The position numbers and the translations under genes are program-made. 64,000 nucleotides of DNA from an uncultured Nitrospiraceae bacterium (GTDB taxonomy: Bacteria; Nitrospirota; Thermodesulfovibrionia; Thermodesulfovibrionales; UBA6898), in the NCBI GenBank assembly GCA_963811165.1, contig CAWEQH010000010.1:352001-416000 (forward strand), read 5' to 3'. Below the pieces are notes generated by a model, which was not told where the DNA came from, did not search any database, and saw only the letters and a program-made list of their open reading frames with translations. This document shows, piece by piece, positions 40,909-50,130 of this stretch (position 1 is the first letter of the stretch; each line of letters begins with the position of its first letter).

Positions 40909-43248
40909 TTAATACATGTCTTCAGCCATATAAATGACTTCGGGAAGGAGATATGATACAAGGTCGCGGTATGAGATCATGCCGATGATCTTTTCGTCCT
41001 CCGTGATCGGCAGGTGTCTGATCTTCTTTTCCGACATAAGATGGACCGCAACGCCGATGTCGACAGATCCGTCCAGGGTGATGGGTTTAGAGCTCATGAC
41101 CGATCCCATGACCGCATCTGTAAACGATATCTTCTTTGCAAAACAGTGCATGATATCGCGCTCCGTAAAGATGCCGACCAGTCGTCCGTCTTCATCCATT
41201 ATAAGGATCGAACCGACGCTATTGCCGTCCATGATGGTGACCGCATCGGCCAGTTTGCAATCCTTCTTGCATGTGACCATCTTCGTAGGCTTTGATGTGA
41301 TGACGTCCTTCAGTGTCATTCGTGCCCTCCTTTCAAGTACTTCGATATTCTCAGTAGGTATTCTGAATTGTTCTTCGAGTTTGATGACGCTTTGCTTGCG
41401 TATCTTGACCGCGCCCACGGGACAGGCCTGATAACATGCCTTGCACTTCTGGCAATAGCCCTGGTCGATATGATAAATTTCCCGCGTCTCGGTGACCGCA
41501 TCGTAAGAGCACGCCTGTTTGCAAAGACCGCACCTGATGCACTCGGCCTGGTTTATTACGAACACGCCCATGCCCTTGCATACCTTTGCGCTACAGTAGT
41601 TGTCGTATATGTGTTCTTCATACTCGTTCCTGAAATACTTCAGCGTGCTCAGCACAGGGTTCGGCGCGCTCTGCCCCAGTCCGCAGAGGGACCCTTTCTG
41701 GATGTGTTTGCCGATCTCTATAAGCTTCTCAATGTCCCCATGCTCTCCCCTTCCCGAGGTTATGCGTTCGAGGATCTGAAGCATCTGATACGTCCCGATC
41801 CTGCAGGGCGGGCACTTGCCGCATGATTCAGATTGGGTGAAGGAAAGAAAATATTTCGCCACGTCCACCATGCAGGTATCTTCGTCGAGGACCACCATGC
41901 CTCCTGATCCCATCATCGAACCGACCTTGCTCAACGAGTCGAAATCAACCGGCAGGTCAAGATATTTGCCGGGGATGCAGCCTCCAGATGGTCCGCCCGT
42001 CTGGATTGCCTTGAAGTTCTTGTCACCCAGGATGCCGCCGCCTATATCGAATATTATCTCCCTGAGTGTCATGCCCATCGGCACTTCCACGAGGCCGGTA
42101 TTTTTCACCTTCCCTGTAAGGGCAAAGACTTTTGTGCCGGGAGAGGTCTCAGTCCCGATGCTCCTGAACCAGTCCGCCCCCTTCTCTATGATCGGCGCGA
42201 CACAGGCATATGTCTCTATGTTATTTAGGTTACTAGGGTACCCCCATACGCCGCCGCCAGGCTCGGAGAGTCTCGGCGGTCTCGGCCTCGGAAATCCCCG
42301 CTCTCCTTCTATTGAAGCAACAAGCGCGGTAGACTCACCACAGACAAAGGCCCCGGCTCCTTCTCGGACATCAAGATGGAAACTAAAGTCGGTGCCAAGA
42401 ATGTTGTCGCCGAGGAGTCCGAGTTCCTCCGCCTGCCGTATCGCAGTCTGGAGGTTCTTGACGGCAAGGGGATACTCGTGCCTCACATAGACAAAACCGT
42501 ACTGAGCACCTATTGCATAGGCACAAAGGAGCATTCCCTCAAAAAGACTATGCGGGTCTCCTTCCATGATCGCCCTGTCCATGAATGCGCCGGGGTCTCC
42601 CTCGTCTCCGTTGGCTATAACAAATTTTATTTTTCCGGGGGCTCCCTTGCTGTGTTTCCACTTTTTCCCCGCAGGAAATCCCGCGCCGCCGCGTCCTCTG
42701 AGATTAGCCTTATCGATTTCGTTAAGGACGCCTTCTGGGTTCATGGAAGCGAGCGCCTTTTCGAGCGCCCTATACCCCCCGACGGCTATGTAATGGGTTA
42801 TATCCGTAGGATCGATCTTGTCGTTGTTTCTGAGCGCTATTCTCACCTGCTTTTTGTAAAAGGGCAGTTCTGCCATCTCGAAAACGGGGTCCTTCAGGAA
42901 GTTCTCCCGGTAGAGGCCCTGCCGATAGGGAATTCCGCCAGTAAAGGTGTAGCTCACCAGGCTTGCTGATTGCTCCGGTTTTACTCTCTGATAATAGATG
43001 CCGGCAGGCTCCACCTTGATGTTGGGACCTTTTTGGCACATCCCCTGGCACCCAGTCTTTACAATATCGACCTCCAATCCTTTTCTGGCGGCCTCGCCTT
43101 CTAACGATTCAACCACCTTATAAGCCCCGGATGCCGTACACGCCGTACCGCAACAGACTCGCGCCCGCGCTTTGTCGGGCTGAAAAAGCTCCTTTGCCAG
43201 CTTCTCCCTTAACAGCCTCAGGTCTTCAATTTTGTTTAGTTTTTCCAT
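40909..43248 (-). CDS. NuoF/HydB-like NAD(H)/FMN subunit with a C-terminal CBS pair
   Basis: CCGTAC..TGCQGMC; LRGRGGAGFP; NGDEGDPGAFMDR; GAFVCGE; GGPSGG; ESCGKCPPCR..SLCGLG; two CxxCxxCxxxC motifs; the last 136 aa form a CBS pair. Confidence 0.92.
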   Translation of the reverse strand: MEKLNKIEDLRLLREKLAKELFQPDKARARVCCGTACTASGAYKVVESLEGEAARKGLEVDIVKTGCQGMCQKGPNIKVEPAGIYYQRVKPEQSASLVSYTFTGGIPYRQGLYRENFLKDPVFEMAELPFYKKQVRIALRNNDKIDPTDITHYIAVGGYRALEKALASMNPEGVLNEIDKANLRGRGGAGFPAGKKWKHSKGAPGKIKFVIANGDEGDPGAFMDRAIMEGDPHSLFEGMLLCAYAIGAQYGFVYVRHEYPLAVKNLQTAIRQAEELGLLGDNILGTDFSFHLDVREGAGAFVCGESTALVASIEGERGFPRPRPPRLSEPGGGVWGYPSNLNNIETYACVAPIIEKGADWFRSIGTETSPGTKVFALTGKVKNTGLVEVPMGMTLREIIFDIGGGILGDKNFKAIQTGGPSGGCIPGKYLDLPVDFDSLSKVGSMMGSGGMVVLDEDTCMVDVAKYFLSFTQSESCGKCPPCRIGTYQMLQILERITSGRGEHGDIEKLIEIGKHIQKGSLCGLGQSAPNPVLSTLKYFRNEYEEHIYDNYCSAKVCKGMGVFVINQAECIRCGLCKQACSYDAVTETREIYHIDQGYCQKCKACYQACPVGAVKIRKQSVIKLEEQFRIPTENIEVLERRARMTLKDVITSKPTKMVTCKKDCKLADAVTIMDGNSVGSILIMDEDGRLVGIFTERDIMHCFAKKISFTDAVMGSVMSSKPITLDGSVDIGVAVHLMSEKKIRHLPITEDEKIIGMISYRDLVSYLLPEVIYMAEDMY

Positions 43249-43256
43249 GACACCAC

Positions 43257-43754
43257 CTATTCCCTGACCATATCGACGACTTCGTCTATCTTCTTTGCGG
43301 AAAGTTCACCTATAACCTCGTTATTCACGGTGACGACAGGAGCGAGGCCGCAGCATCCGACGCAACCCACAGTCTCTAGGGTCATTGACATGTCCGCGGT
43401 CGTCTCCCCTTCTTTCACATCGAATTCCTCTTCAAGCTTCTCGATAACTTTTGAAGCGCCCCTCACATGACATGCAGTTCCCACGCAGACGCATACGATG
43501 TTCTTGCCTCTGGGCTTAAAATAGAAGTGTTTGTAAAAGGATGCGGTACTATAAATTTCGGCAAGAGGGATAGTAAGGTTCTTCGATAATTCCCTGAGCT
43601 TTTCCTCGGGCAGATAATTGTGCTCCTTCTGTATTTCCTGAAGCGCGTGTATAAGAAAGCCCCTGCTTTTTTGTCCTTCATTCAGGGCATCGCCTATCAT
43701 TTTATAGTGGGCATCTATGGTCAATTCCTCAGTCTTAAACTCAGTCTTCATCAC
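43257..43754 (-). CDS. NuoE/HydC-like [2Fe-2S] subunit
   Basis: LQEIQ..HNYLP, ASFY..F, VCVGTACHVRG, VGCVGCCGLAP. Confidence 0.92.
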   Translation of the reverse strand: MMKTEFKTEELTIDAHYKMIGDALNEGQKSRGFLIHALQEIQKEHNYLPEEKLRELSKNLTIPLAEIYSTASFYKHFYFKPRGKNIVCVCVGTACHVRGASKVIEKLEEEFDVKEGETTADMSMTLETVGCVGCCGLAPVVTVNNEVIGELSAKKIDEVVDMVRE

Positions 43755-44134
43755 GCCTCCTCATCATCAAAATATATTTTTTAGTGATGGATAACCAACC
43801 ATCGAATTTAGAAATTAAATAACCACGCGCTGTTCCAGATGACCTAAGACGGTAATTCTTGACAATTCATAGACTTACGGCCGGCCAGTTTAAAACTCTA
43901 ACACAATTCAATCTTCAAGTGTTATTGTATTATTTTATTTATTTATAATTATAATAAATGATAATTAACCCATAATAATAGTTTATCGTTTACTTGCAAA
44001 GAAGAAACTCTCTCGTTCTTAATCCCCACCAACGACCATACCGTCTAATTGGTATCAGTTATGATAAACAAATGGAATCGTCCGCCAAGGGGAGCGGAAA
44101 ATGATGGCAATGTGAGAAAAATCGGGCAGAAACT

Positions 44135-44764
44135 TTATGGTTCTATCATTACGAGTGTAACCAGCATCGCAAGGGACCAAACGATGTCAGAGAGGCCTAT
44201 CTGAAGGTCACAGGTGGAATCGAAGAGCAGATCCGCCCTGGCCTGAAATTCCTCATCTTCAAGCCATAAGATCAGAGTAATCGGTACCCTCGGAAGAGGG
44301 GAGAGAATCAGGGAGGCATCTCCATAGCTCGCCTCCACAGCTCCGAATTCAAGGCCGCGCTTGATGAACTTGTCTTTGTCTCCGCCATAGATAGCAGCAA
44401 CCCGGTCAAGTGGCAGGAGATGGGTGCCGGTGAAAAAACGTTGTCCTCCCTTGACGTCGATAGGCCTGATGAGCCTGCCGGTAGAATGGATGTCCTTTGC
44501 ACTGGACAAATACCAAAGGAGAGATAGTCTGAAAAAATCCTTGAACTTATCGAGGAAGATAATGCTCTTTGGAGAATCGCTGTATATTTCTCTCTCACTC
44601 ACAGAAACACAAAAATCGATCCCGAACGATTTTATTATATAGAGCCCTTTCTCCTCGTCATGTCTCACAGAGGCCCTCCGACAGGCGTCTTTCACAGGCA
44701 GGTCCGCGAGGATTTTCCAGGCTTTATCCTCTCCGTTAACGGTCTTTATAGGAACAAGCTCCAT
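44135..44764 (-). CDS. DUF3786 domain protein
   Basis: GG..FF..H..P, GDAS...PLPRVP...ILW.EDEEF.A...LLFD pattern. Confidence 0.75.
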   Translation of the reverse strand: MELVPIKTVNGEDKAWKILADLPVKDACRRASVRHDEEKGLYIIKSFGIDFCVSVSEREIYSDSPKSIIFLDKFKDFFRLSLLWYLSSAKDIHSTGRLIRPIDVKGGQRFFTGTHLLPLDRVAAIYGGDKDKFIKRGLEFGAVEASYGDASLILSPLPRVPITLILWLEDEEFQARADLLFDSTCDLQIGLSDIVWSLAMLVTLVMIEP

Positions 44765-44834
44765 TATTTTATTCCCTCTGTAATATATAATACAGTGTAT
44801 AAAAGAAAGTATAAATTCACGGTAGACTGATGAG

Positions 44835-44858
44835 TTTACTTATGATATTATAAGTAAA
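44835..44858. promoter_or_regulatory. Palindromic operator candidate
   Basis: TTTACTTAT-N6-ATAAGTAAA between the divergent DUF3786 and nfnA genes. Confidence 0.45.
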
Positions 44859-44927
44859 ATTAATCAATTTATCCATCCCTTAATAGTTTTTTGTCCCTAG
44901 TTGATTCTAGGCAGAAGGAGGTAGAAC

Positions 44928-45791
44928 GTGTACAAGATTCTGAAAAAGGAGGTCCTCAGTGATGTGACGAAACTCATGGACATTGAGGCGCCTCATGTTG
45001 CCAGGAAGGCGAAGGCAGGACAGTTCGTCATTGTCCGCATCGACGAGCAGGGAGAAAGAATACCATTGACCATCGCCGATTACAGCCGGGAAGCAGGGAC
45101 GATAACCATCATATTCCAGGAAGTCGGAAAGTCGACCTCTCACCTTGGCAAACTCCAGCCCGGAGACTCGATATCAACCTTCGTTGGGCCTCTCGGGCAT
45201 CCGACAGAGATTAGAAACTACGGTACCGTCATCTGTATGGGAGGCGGAGTCGGAGTGGCACCGATATTTCCCATAGCACGTTCGCTCAAAGAAGCGGGAA
45301 ATGAGGTCATATCAATCATTGGTGCGCGCAACAAGGATCTCTTGTTTTGGGAAGACAAGATGAGGGCAGTTTCCGACGAGCTAATCGTCTGCACTGACGA
45401 CGGTTCCCACGGCAGAAAGTCTCTCGTTACAGAACCTTTGAAGGAGCTCCTCGAAAATCAGAGGAAGAAAATTTCTCATATTTGGGCTATTGGCCCGGCG
45501 ATAATGATGAAATTTGTCTCCCAGACCACAAAACCATTCAATGTGCCCACTACTGTCAGTCTTAATACAATCATGATAGATGGGACCGGCATGTGCGGCG
45601 GATGCCGAGTGCTTTTAGAGGACGGCGCCCAGTTTGTATGCGTAGACGGTCCCGAATTCGATGGCCACAAGGTGGACTGGGGCAATCTTCTGTCACGCCT
45701 CCAATTCTACAAAGAAGAAGAGCGAAAGGCGATGGAGCATTGGGAACACAAATGTAAACTTGACGCTGCCGTCGCAGAAGGGAGTAAGTAA
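44928..45791 (+). CDS. nfnA: NfnA (small subunit of the electron-bifurcating transhydrogenase)
   Basis: GERIPLTIAD, GGGVGVAP, IMIDGTGMCGGCRV..CVDGPEFD; GTG start after AAGGAGG. Confidence 0.92.
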   Translation: MYKILKKEVLSDVTKLMDIEAPHVARKAKAGQFVIVRIDEQGERIPLTIADYSREAGTITIIFQEVGKSTSHLGKLQPGDSISTFVGPLGHPTEIRNYGTVICMGGGVGVAPIFPIARSLKEAGNEVISIIGARNKDLLFWEDKMRAVSDELIVCTDDGSHGRKSLVTEPLKELLENQRKKISHIWAIGPAIMMKFVSQTTKPFNVPTTVSLNTIMIDGTGMCGGCRVLLEDGAQFVCVDGPEFDGHKVDWGNLLSRLQFYKEEERKAMEHWEHKCKLDAAVAEGSK

Positions 45792-47233
45792 TGGCTGAAC
45801 TCACTCAAAAGGATCGCTTGAAGATAAAAAGGCATGACATGCCTAACCAGACCCCTGCGCAAAGAAGAGCAAATTATGTGGAGGTCGCCCTCGGCTATAC
45901 GAACGAAACAGCGATAGAGGAGGCAGAACGCTGTCTTCAGTGCAAGGACCCTCATTGCGTCAAAGGATGCCCGGTCGGAGTACTCATACCTCAGTTTATA
46001 AAAGCCTTGCGGGAAGGAGACATGATCAAGGCTGTTGAATGGATGAAGGTGAAGAACAACCTTCCCGCCATCTGCGGCAGGGTATGTCCCCAGGAGGTAC
46101 AGTGTGAAGGCAACTGTATCCTGGCAAAAAAGGGAGAGGCAGTCGCAATAGGCAGGCTGGAACGTTTCGTTGGCGACTATGAGCTGGCCCATCGCACCTG
46201 TCCCCTCATAAAGGCCCCGGCAACCGGCAAACGCGTGGCTGTGGTCGGATCAGGCCCCTCAGGTTTGACCTGCGCAGTCGATCTCGGCAGAGAAGGTCAT
46301 GACGTCACCATATTCGAATCTCTCCACGGTCCGGGCGGAGTTCTTGTCTATGGCATTCCCGAATTCCGTCTCCCTAAGGCAGTGGTGCACGGAGAGATCA
46401 GTTATGCGGTAGAATGTTTGGGAATAACAATTCAGAAAGACCATGTCATAGGTCGTACATTCACTCTTGACGAACTCCTTTCCGAATATGATGCAGTGTT
46501 CCTCGGCACAGGGGCGGGCCTGCCTTCCTTCATGCGCATACCGGGCATAAACCTCAACGGTGTAATGTCTGCAAACGAATTCCTGACCCGTGTCAATCTT
46601 ATGAAGGCATACCGTTTCCCTGAATTCGATACCCCGGTAAAAGTGGGAAAAAAGGTTGCTGTCTTGGGTGCAGGCAACGTGGCGATGGATGCTGTCCGTT
46701 GCAGCCTTCGGCTGCAGACCCTCCAGGCCCCCGAAGGCGATAAGAGAGAAGCCCATATTGTCTACCGCCGCTCACGTGATGAAGTTCCGGCAAGGGCGGA
46801 GGAATTCCATCATGCCGAGGAGGAGGGGGTAATCTTTGATTTCCTTACCAATCCGGTGGAGATACTGGGCGACGATAAAGGGAATGTCCGAGGCCTCCGC
46901 TGCATACGCATGGACCTTGGAGAGCCCGACAAGTCCGGGCGGAGACAACCGGTGCCGATCAAAGGATCGGAATTCGAGATGGAAATGGACACGGTGATCA
47001 TGGCTCTCGGTACAAGCCCTAATCCTCTTGTCTTCATTGATGCCGAAGGTCTCGAACGCACGAAACATGGTACGGCCGTAGCCGACCTGGAGTCCGGCAG
47101 GACTAAGAAGCAACGCGTATGGGCAGGCGGAGACGTAGTAACAGGCGCTGCCACAGTCATAAGCGCCATGGGTGCCGGCAAACGAGCAGCGGCAGATATT
47201 AACAAGTTTCTTAAAGGAGAAATAGCCTGGTAA
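45791..47233 (+). CDS. nfnB: NfnB (GltD-like large subunit)
   Basis: EAERCLQC..C..GCP, CGRVCPQE.QCE, GSGPSG, YGIPEFRLPK, GAGNVAMD, YRRS, GGDVVTG; translationally coupled to nfnA. Confidence 0.92.
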   Translation: MAELTQKDRLKIKRHDMPNQTPAQRRANYVEVALGYTNETAIEEAERCLQCKDPHCVKGCPVGVLIPQFIKALREGDMIKAVEWMKVKNNLPAICGRVCPQEVQCEGNCILAKKGEAVAIGRLERFVGDYELAHRTCPLIKAPATGKRVAVVGSGPSGLTCAVDLGREGHDVTIFESLHGPGGVLVYGIPEFRLPKAVVHGEISYAVECLGITIQKDHVIGRTFTLDELLSEYDAVFLGTGAGLPSFMRIPGINLNGVMSANEFLTRVNLMKAYRFPEFDTPVKVGKKVAVLGAGNVAMDAVRCSLRLQTLQAPEGDKREAHIVYRRSRDEVPARAEEFHHAEEEGVIFDFLTNPVEILGDDKGNVRGLRCIRMDLGEPDKSGRRQPVPIKGSEFEMEMDTVIMALGTSPNPLVFIDAEGLERTKHGTAVADLESGRTKKQRVWAGGDVVTGAATVISAMGAGKRAAADINKFLKGEIAW

Positions 47234-47494
47234 TAGGAATCGATTTTTCACCCGAATAAGGGTAGGACTGGGAACTCATAAATCGATAATTATCAGGCCA
47301 TATCATCAATTAAACTTCAAATTGACGGCAGGAAACTTTTTGTGTTAGATATAAACAAGAGGATGGTTTTTGCGGAAGAATGCGAATGCGGCCGGATTGC
47401 CGAAGGTGAGGATTTGGGCGGTACGGTTTTTTTGTCACGATGCGACTGTTTTACAGCTGTTTGATGAAAATAATCAAACAGGAAGGGAGGAAAC

Positions 47495-47923
47495 ATGGTT
47501 ACCGTACGGAGGCTTCTGGAATTAAAGGAAAAGGGGTTCTGGACCGTTGCACCGGATGTGACTGCTTATGAGGCGCTGCAGATTATGGCAGACAGGGATG
47601 TCGGCGCATTGCTGGTAGTAAGCGAGAGAAACCTATTAGGGATATTCACTGAAAGAGATTACTCGAGAAAGGTGGTCTTAAAAGGGAAATCTTCAAAGGA
47701 AACGCCGGTCAGCGAACTTATGACAAGGTCGGTGATTTGCGTAGCGCCTGATGATACGACTGACCAGTGCATGGCGATCATGAACGACAAGCATGTCCGA
47801 CATCTGCCGGTTTTGGAGTATGGCAAGCTTGCTGGAATTGTAAGCATCCGAGATGTGGTGAACTTGATCATTGCCGAAAGGGAAAAGACCATACAGGATC
47901 TTGAGCAATACATCAGTAGCTAG
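47495..47923 (+). CDS. CBS domain pair protein
   Basis: VGALLV..LLGIFTERDY, VRHLPV..GIVSIRDVV; GGAGG RBS. Confidence 0.92.
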   Translation: MVTVRRLLELKEKGFWTVAPDVTAYEALQIMADRDVGALLVVSERNLLGIFTERDYSRKVVLKGKSSKETPVSELMTRSVICVAPDDTTDQCMAIMNDKHVRHLPVLEYGKLAGIVSIRDVVNLIIAEREKTIQDLEQYISS

Positions 47924-47982
47924 TTCAAAACCTTTCCCTCTCGTCTTGGGATAGGCATAGATTCAATCCGCCGCCGACTGCG

Positions 47983-48031
47983 GACTAAAAAAGAGGGGAC
48001 CGTCTCTGAGACGGTCCCCTCTTTTTTAGTC
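47983..48031. terminator. Bidirectional terminator (perfect 24-bp inverted repeat)
   Basis: GACTAAAAAAGAGGGGACCGTCTC-T-GAGACGGTCCCCTCTTTTTTAGTC between the convergent CBS gene and cooS. Confidence 0.88.
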
Positions 48032-48044
48032 TTTCCTATCTCTC

Positions 48045-50048
48045 TTAATAGATGCCCATATGGGGCTTGGCAGCTTTTTCGATATCGCGTCTTGCAGCCA
48101 TATCCATGAGTACCTTCTCGGTCCCGAATTTACCCGGCTCGTACTTCCTCAGCTTGAGGGCGGTCCTTGCCTTGTCAATATAATCGAGCGCAAGCGCCAG
48201 CATCTTCTCCGGGTCGGGCTCGAAATGGATTGCACCCCTGTAACGTTCGAACCAGACCTCGGTCATAATCCTTGTGACCTCCTTGCTCGCCTCTACCGGA
48301 GACCCGCCGCCCAAGATAACTGGAATGCCCGAAGCCGCACAGTACATGCCGATGGCCACTGCCTTCTCGGTTACCCACTCAGGTGCGATGCCTACCGCCG
48401 GCATACCTCCGATCTCGTCGGAAAGTCCGCCTTCCGCAGCCATTGCGCTTGCGATGGTGAGGATTCTCGTATTGTCAACACAGGAGCCAAGGTGAAGGAT
48501 GGGAGGAATACCGATAGCCTCGCAGACCTCTCTGAGTCCCGGACCGGCGTTTTCAAGCGCATTTTCCGGTGTGAGATAGCCGGCACCCGCGAATGCCGCA
48601 GAACTGCAACCGGTGGAGACGATAAGCACATCGTTTTTGATCAGTTCTGTTGCAAGAAATTTATGGACGCCTGTTGAAGGGAACCTCGGGTTGTCGCATC
48701 CTACGAGTCCGACAACACCCCTGACCCTGCCTGCAGCGATCGCATCGTTAAGAGGCCTGAAAGAACCGCGCCACTTTCCGCCCTGCATGTATTCGATGTA
48801 CTCGTGAGAGAACCCTGCAATGGCCGGAACCCGGGCCGTAGTGTGACTTCCCTTCGTCGTACGGTTGGGGTAATTGTCTATCGCCATCATTACGATCTCT
48901 CGTGCCACTTCCTTTGCCCTATGCTCGTCGAAGGCGATGTGGATAGCGCCGGGGATTTTGACCTTTTCCGAAGTGGTTATAACCTTGGTATGGAACTTCT
49001 TCGCCACGCCGACGATGGCCGGCATGATACACTGGATATCAACAGTAAAGGCATCGATGAGTCCGGTCATAATGGCAGGCTCCTGGTTCGTAAATCCTCC
49101 GGCTGTCGGTATGCCATGCCTCATAAGCACTTCATTGGCCGTGCAGCACAAGCCGCCGACATTAATCCCTTTGGCGCCCTTTTCCTTTGCATGAGCAATC
49201 ATGGCGGGCTCACCGACGACATCGATGATCATCTCGGCAAGAGAAGGTTCGTGACCGTGGATTACAATATTCACTTCGTCTTCCTTGAATATGCCAAGGC
49301 TCGCCTCAGCTTTCACCGGCATCGGGGTGCCGAAGAGGATATCGGAAATATCGGTAGAAATCATACTGCCGGCCCACCCGTCGGCCAAAGAGCACCTCAG
49401 TGCTTGGGCAAGAATTGAATCGGGGTCCGCGTCCATTCCCATAGTCGTCCTGTCCATAGTCTCTGCAATCTCCCGGTCGCAACCCCTCGGAGTGACTCCA
49501 TATTTTTTCCATCTCTCCTGGGTCTTCTTGGGTGCGCGCACAACATAACTTACTTCTCCCTTCTGCCTTCCAAAGTCCTCCATGAACCTGGTAGCCACAT
49601 CCTTGGCGACATCCAATACGGGTCTTCCTTCAAATTCGATATTAAGTATGCCCGCAACCCTATACAATTTTCTCACGTCCTTGATCTGGAAATCCTTGGC
49701 CTCACCCTGGGCAACCGCAAGAAGGGTGAAGACCATATCTCTTCCGTGGTCGCCGTGACAAGCAGATCCTCCTGCTGCCATCCTCGCAATATAGCGCGCT
49801 GCAACCGTAGAAAGGTCTGCACCGCATACACCTTTTGCAAACTTTTCGGCATCCTTGCCCGTCAGCCTGCAGGGACCCATATGGCAACTCTTACAGCATG
49901 CACCACTATGCCCGATGGGACAGGGCTTCATCTTCTCGGCCCTGTCAAAACAGGTCTCGCACTCTTCAAGCATGCCCCACTCAAGTATGGCCTCGGCAGC
50001 CGGCTCTGCGCTTCTTACTCTTTTTTCCTTTTTCTCTTCCTTACTCAT
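48045..50048 (-). CDS. cooS: Anaerobic Ni-Fe carbon monoxide dehydrogenase (AcsA/CooS)
   Basis: PCPIG..GACCKSCHMGPC, HGHEP, LCCTANE, DIQC, VGCDN, TGC, GSCVDN, EKA. Confidence 0.96.
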   Translation of the reverse strand: MSKEEKKEKRVRSAEPAAEAILEWGMLEECETCFDRAEKMKPCPIGHSGACCKSCHMGPCRLTGKDAEKFAKGVCGADLSTVAARYIARMAAGGSACHGDHGRDMVFTLLAVAQGEAKDFQIKDVRKLYRVAGILNIEFEGRPVLDVAKDVATRFMEDFGRQKGEVSYVVRAPKKTQERWKKYGVTPRGCDREIAETMDRTTMGMDADPDSILAQALRCSLADGWAGSMISTDISDILFGTPMPVKAEASLGIFKEDEVNIVIHGHEPSLAEMIIDVVGEPAMIAHAKEKGAKGINVGGLCCTANEVLMRHGIPTAGGFTNQEPAIMTGLIDAFTVDIQCIMPAIVGVAKKFHTKVITTSEKVKIPGAIHIAFDEHRAKEVAREIVMMAIDNYPNRTTKGSHTTARVPAIAGFSHEYIEYMQGGKWRGSFRPLNDAIAAGRVRGVVGLVGCDNPRFPSTGVHKFLATELIKNDVLIVSTGCSSAAFAGAGYLTPENALENAGPGLREVCEAIGIPPILHLGSCVDNTRILTIASAMAAEGGLSDEIGGMPAVGIAPEWVTEKAVAIGMYCAASGIPVILGGGSPVEASKEVTRIMTEVWFERYRGAIHFEPDPEKMLALALDYIDKARTALKLRKYEPGKFGTEKVLMDMAARRDIEKAAKPHMGIY

Positions 50049-50130
50049 AAATTACCTCCATCTTTTAAATCCCGGTCTCCTTTCCCATGCATCCAGAAAT
50101 GATCCGGAACCATGTTTGTGATAACGCGGT

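Noticed and set aside
38254..43754. Respiratory complex I (nuo) operon
   Set aside because: No nuoA-D/H-N genes nearby, and the F subunit has HydB-type extra Fe-S domains.
45791..47233. Glutamate synthase small subunit
   Set aside because: No gltB, and translational coupling to an NfnA gene favours NfnB.
47363..47464. 33-codon Cys-containing uORF before the CBS gene
   Set aside because: The SD-like sequence abuts the ATG with no spacer; no other support.
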